DNA from: an uncultured bacterium
GTDB lineage: Bacteria; Auribacterota; Erginobacteria; Erginobacterales; Erginobacteraceae
Assembly: GCA_963822585.1 (NCBI GenBank)
Contig: CAWGIE010000043.1
Coordinates: 1-17,108, forward strand
Reading direction: 5' to 3'
DNA length: 17,108 nt
Shown: positions 14,549-17,108 of the stretch, piece after piece
Layout of the letters: each line of letters begins with the position of its first letter
Position numbering within the stretch: the first letter of the stretch is position 1
The notes under the pieces: generated by a model
Databases searched by the model: none
Seen by the model: only the letters and a program-made list of their open reading frames with translations
Told to the model about the DNA's origin: nothing
Translations under genes and position numbers: made by a program

Positions 14549-17108
14549 ATGAAGAATTCGGCAAACAATACTGTTGATGCAAAAGTCCTCGGGGACTTGC
14601 TCGAAAAACTATTAGGCAGGCCTGTTCCCGCTGCGGCGTTGTCCCTGTTAGCGGGGAAAACTCGCCGGGTCGAGTGGGCCCATCCGCTGGAGTTCCCGGC
14701 CGGGGGAGGGTTCTTCATCATCAGCCGGGGCGAGGTCAATGGATTTGTCGGCACGGTTACCGAAGCCGGCTGGGGACATCCCGAGCTGATCTCGGCGCTG
14801 AGCGCCGGCGATTCGTTTTATCTCTGCCCGATCAAGAAAGCCTTTGACCGCCATCTGACTTACGATCCGGTGTCGGTGGCCGAAATATATTATCTGGAGT
14901 GGTCGGAACTGAACGGTTTTCTGCCTGGTGCCGGTGACGCCGCCGGCGTCATCAGCGAGTTGCTGCTTGCCGCCCAAGCCCGGCTGGCTGAAGGACTGGC
15001 CGTTGCCGCCGCCCATCTTCCCGACCAGGAGATTGGCTCGCCTCCGGAATTAATTGTCCCGGAGAGTGGATCGATTCGCCGGGGAAACGATTTTCCCGGT
15101 GTGTCCCCGGTCTCACTCTCCCCCGGGAAAACCTGGAGCGACGAAAACGCCGTCGGGGTTTTTATCGCCCGTGGCCAGGTACGGGTGGGGATCGGTCCTG
15201 AAAATAAATTTTTCTGTGTCCGGGAAGCGGGTCTTCAGGCAACCGGGGGAAAACTGATTCTGCAGGCCGTGTCGGAATCCGTGCTTTACCCGATCATCCG
15301 GCCGAAACCGGGTGGTGAAACCGGCATCACTCCGTTCCTGATCGATCTGAGTTGCTCCCTGATCGCTCTGGGTGGACCCCTGGCGACGGTTTTGCAACGG
15401 GCCGATGAGGACCATTTCCGGAAGTATCTCATCAGTACCGTGAACCGCGAGAAAGCAGCCCGCGCCGCCGCCGCCGCCACGATGGCGTCCATCCAAAGCC
15501 GTCCACGGCAGATGCCTTTCATCGCCGCCGCCAACCCCGAGGAGGCCTGGGACGCGGCCGTGGAAATGGTGGCCCGCTATGAGGGGCAGAAACCGATCCG
15601 AAAGGATGAGCCGCAACCGGGCCCCGGAAGCGGCGGCAAAGGTGACCGTCTCGCCTGGAGCGCGAAAAATTTCCGCATGTTCTCCCGCCGGTTGACCATC
15701 CAGCCGGGGACATTGAGCCGGATCAGCTCCCCGATCATCGCCGTCCAGAAAGACGGCACCCCTCTGGTGCTGGAACCGTTCCGGGGGCGTCTCTGGGCCC
15801 ATGATCCGTTGAAGGGAAGTTACCAGGTAACCGCCGGCGATCTGGAAAACGAATTGACCGGACGGGCTTTTGAGCTGCTCCCGGACCTCCCTCCGGGCCC
15901 GATCGGGCCGAAAAAGTTTATCGCTCTGGCTCTCGCTCATCTGGGAGGAAGCGTCAGGCGGTTGATCGGAGCGTCACTGATTATTACCCTTTTTGGTATG
16001 TTCACTCCGGTTGCCACCGGATTGATCTTTGGGAAAGCGATACCCGCTGCCGAGACGAATATATTAACCGCTCTCGGACTGGCCTTGATGGCCAGTGCCG
16101 TCGCCGCGGCGCTCTTCTCACTGTTTCGCTCCATGATTGAGATCAATTTCGAGGCGCTGGCCGATACCCGCCTGGCCAGCATGCTGATGAGCCGGCTCCT
16201 GCGTCTGCCGGTGAATTTTTTTCGGAAGTACTCGATCGGCGATCTCAGCATGCGTTTTCAGGCCGTCCTGGAGATTCGCCAGGAACTCACGTCCACGGTG
16301 TTGAGTGTCGGATTAAACGGTGTTTTCTCTTTCTTTTATCTTTTCCTGATGTTCAAATACGCCTCCAAGCTGGCCTGGTACGGTCTGGGGTTGGGTTTGC
16401 TGACCCTGATCACCATGGTCGTCATCTTTAATACCGTCACCCGTCTGAATCGCTTGATGCTGGCCCGTCGCGCGAAGGAACAATCCATACTCTATGAATT
16501 AATCAACGGTATTCTGGTTGTTCGTTCCTCGGGTGCCGGCAACCGTCTCTATTGCCGCTGGCTCGGCGCCTTCGATGGTGAGATGAAGATGTTCTATAAA
16601 AGCTCCCGGGCTCAGATGTGGTCGCCTATCCTCTATGGAGGTTTCCCCATCCTGGGGACCTTGCTGATGTTTTTTTTCGGGGGAAAAGATATTCTGACCG
16701 GGAAACTTCTCTTGAGCAATTTTCTCGCCTATATCTCCGCCTTCACGGTCTTCTTCATGGGAGTGATCGGGGCCTGCCAGGCGGCGGTCAATATGACGCT
16801 TATTCGCCCCCTCTGGGAACGGGCCAAGCCCTTGATCGACGCGGAAGAAGAAGATGCCGGGCGAAAAGTGGAACCGGGCCCCCTCTCGGGCCGGATCGAA
16901 GTCAAAAACGTTTCGTTCCGGTATCAGGATGAAGGCCCGCTGGTTATCCGGGATCTCTCCCTGACCGTCAAACCGGGGGAGTTCGTGGCGATCACCGGGC
17001 CCAGCGGCGCGGGAAAGAGCACCCTGATCCGCCTCCTGGTCGGATTTGAAAAGCCGCAAAGTGGAGAGATCTTCTTTGACCGGTACGATCTGCAGGAATT
17101 GGATTTGT
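14549..17108 (+). CDS. Second NHLP bacteriocin export ABC transporter permease/ATPase with long N-terminal extension; truncated by window end
   Basis: Manual translation from ATG 14549 (MKNSANNTVDAK…) found no stop through ~16050 and is in the same frame as the C-terminal GEFVAITGPSGAGKSTLIRLLVGFE; includes FFIISRGEV…LSAGDSF (cNMP-domain-like) and FTPVATGLIFG. Missing from the ORF track, presumably because no stop lies in the window. Confidence 0.9.
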   Translation, partial: MKNSANNTVDAKVLGDLLEKLLGRPVPAAALSLLAGKTRRVEWAHPLEFPAGGGFFIISRGEVNGFVGTVTEAGWGHPELISALSAGDSFYLCPIKKAFDRHLTYDPVSVAEIYYLEWSELNGFLPGAGDAAGVISELLLAAQARLAEGLAVAAAHLPDQEIGSPPELIVPESGSIRRGNDFPGVSPVSLSPGKTWSDENAVGVFIARGQVRVGIGPENKFFCVREAGLQATGGKLILQAVSESVLYPIIRPKPGGETGITPFLIDLSCSLIALGGPLATVLQRADEDHFRKYLISTVNREKAARAAAAATMASIQSRPRQMPFIAAANPEEAWDAAVEMVARYEGQKPIRKDEPQPGPGSGGKGDRLAWSAKNFRMFSRRLTIQPGTLSRISSPIIAVQKDGTPLVLEPFRGRLWAHDPLKGSYQVTAGDLENELTGRAFELLPDLPPGPIGPKKFIALALAHLGGSVRRLIGASLIITLFGMFTPVATGLIFGKAIPAAETNILTALGLALMASAVAAALFSLFRSMIEINFEALADTRLASMLMSRLLRLPVNFFRKYSIGDLSMRFQAVLEIRQELTSTVLSVGLNGVFSFFYLFLMFKYASKLAWYGLGLGLLTLITMVVIFNTVTRLNRLMLARRAKEQSILYELINGILVVRSSGAGNRLYCRWLGAFDGEMKMFYKSSRAQMWSPILYGGFPILGTLLMFFFGGKDILTGKLLLSNFLAYISAFTVFFMGVIGACQAAVNMTLIRPLWERAKPLIDAEEEDAGRKVEPGPLSGRIEVKNVSFRYQDEGPLVIRDLSLTVKPGEFVAITGPSGAGKSTLIRLLVGFEKPQSGEIFFDRYDLQELDL

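Noticed and set aside
14648..17059. Series of minus-strand ORFs over the last 2.5 kb
   Set aside because: Antisense to the continuous + strand ABC transporter frame starting at 14549.

Overview
The window holds a largely complete RiPP (ribosomally synthesised, post-translationally modified peptide) gene cluster from a diderm bacterium with mostly GC-rich DNA. Gene order: small ORF and membrane-anchored SGNH/GDSL hydrolase reading through into a decayed IS3-family remnant; an AT-rich stand-alone YcaO (+); a radical SAM/SPASM maturase (+) split by a 1-nt frameshift at a C8 tract; a Nif11-leader double-glycine precursor (-; predicted core HCSWIEQCGNGGDYLVGH); a second, GC-rich stand-alone YcaO (-); a divergent HExxH protein; then a type I export operon (TolC, NHLP-type HlyD, C39 peptidase ABC transporter, and a second NHLP-type ABC transporter running off the window end and absent from the ORF track). 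I do not recognise the combination Nif11 precursor + two stand-alone YcaOs with C-terminal Cys clusters + ranthipeptide-type rSAM + HExxH protein (no TfuA, E1/ThiF or flavin dehydrogenase visible) as a characterised pathway, so it is the main candidate novel system. Intergenic regions contain inverted arrays of 8- and 9-bp tandem repeats, a bidirectional promoter and several leaderless-looking starts. All assignments come from motif recognition by eye; no searches were run.
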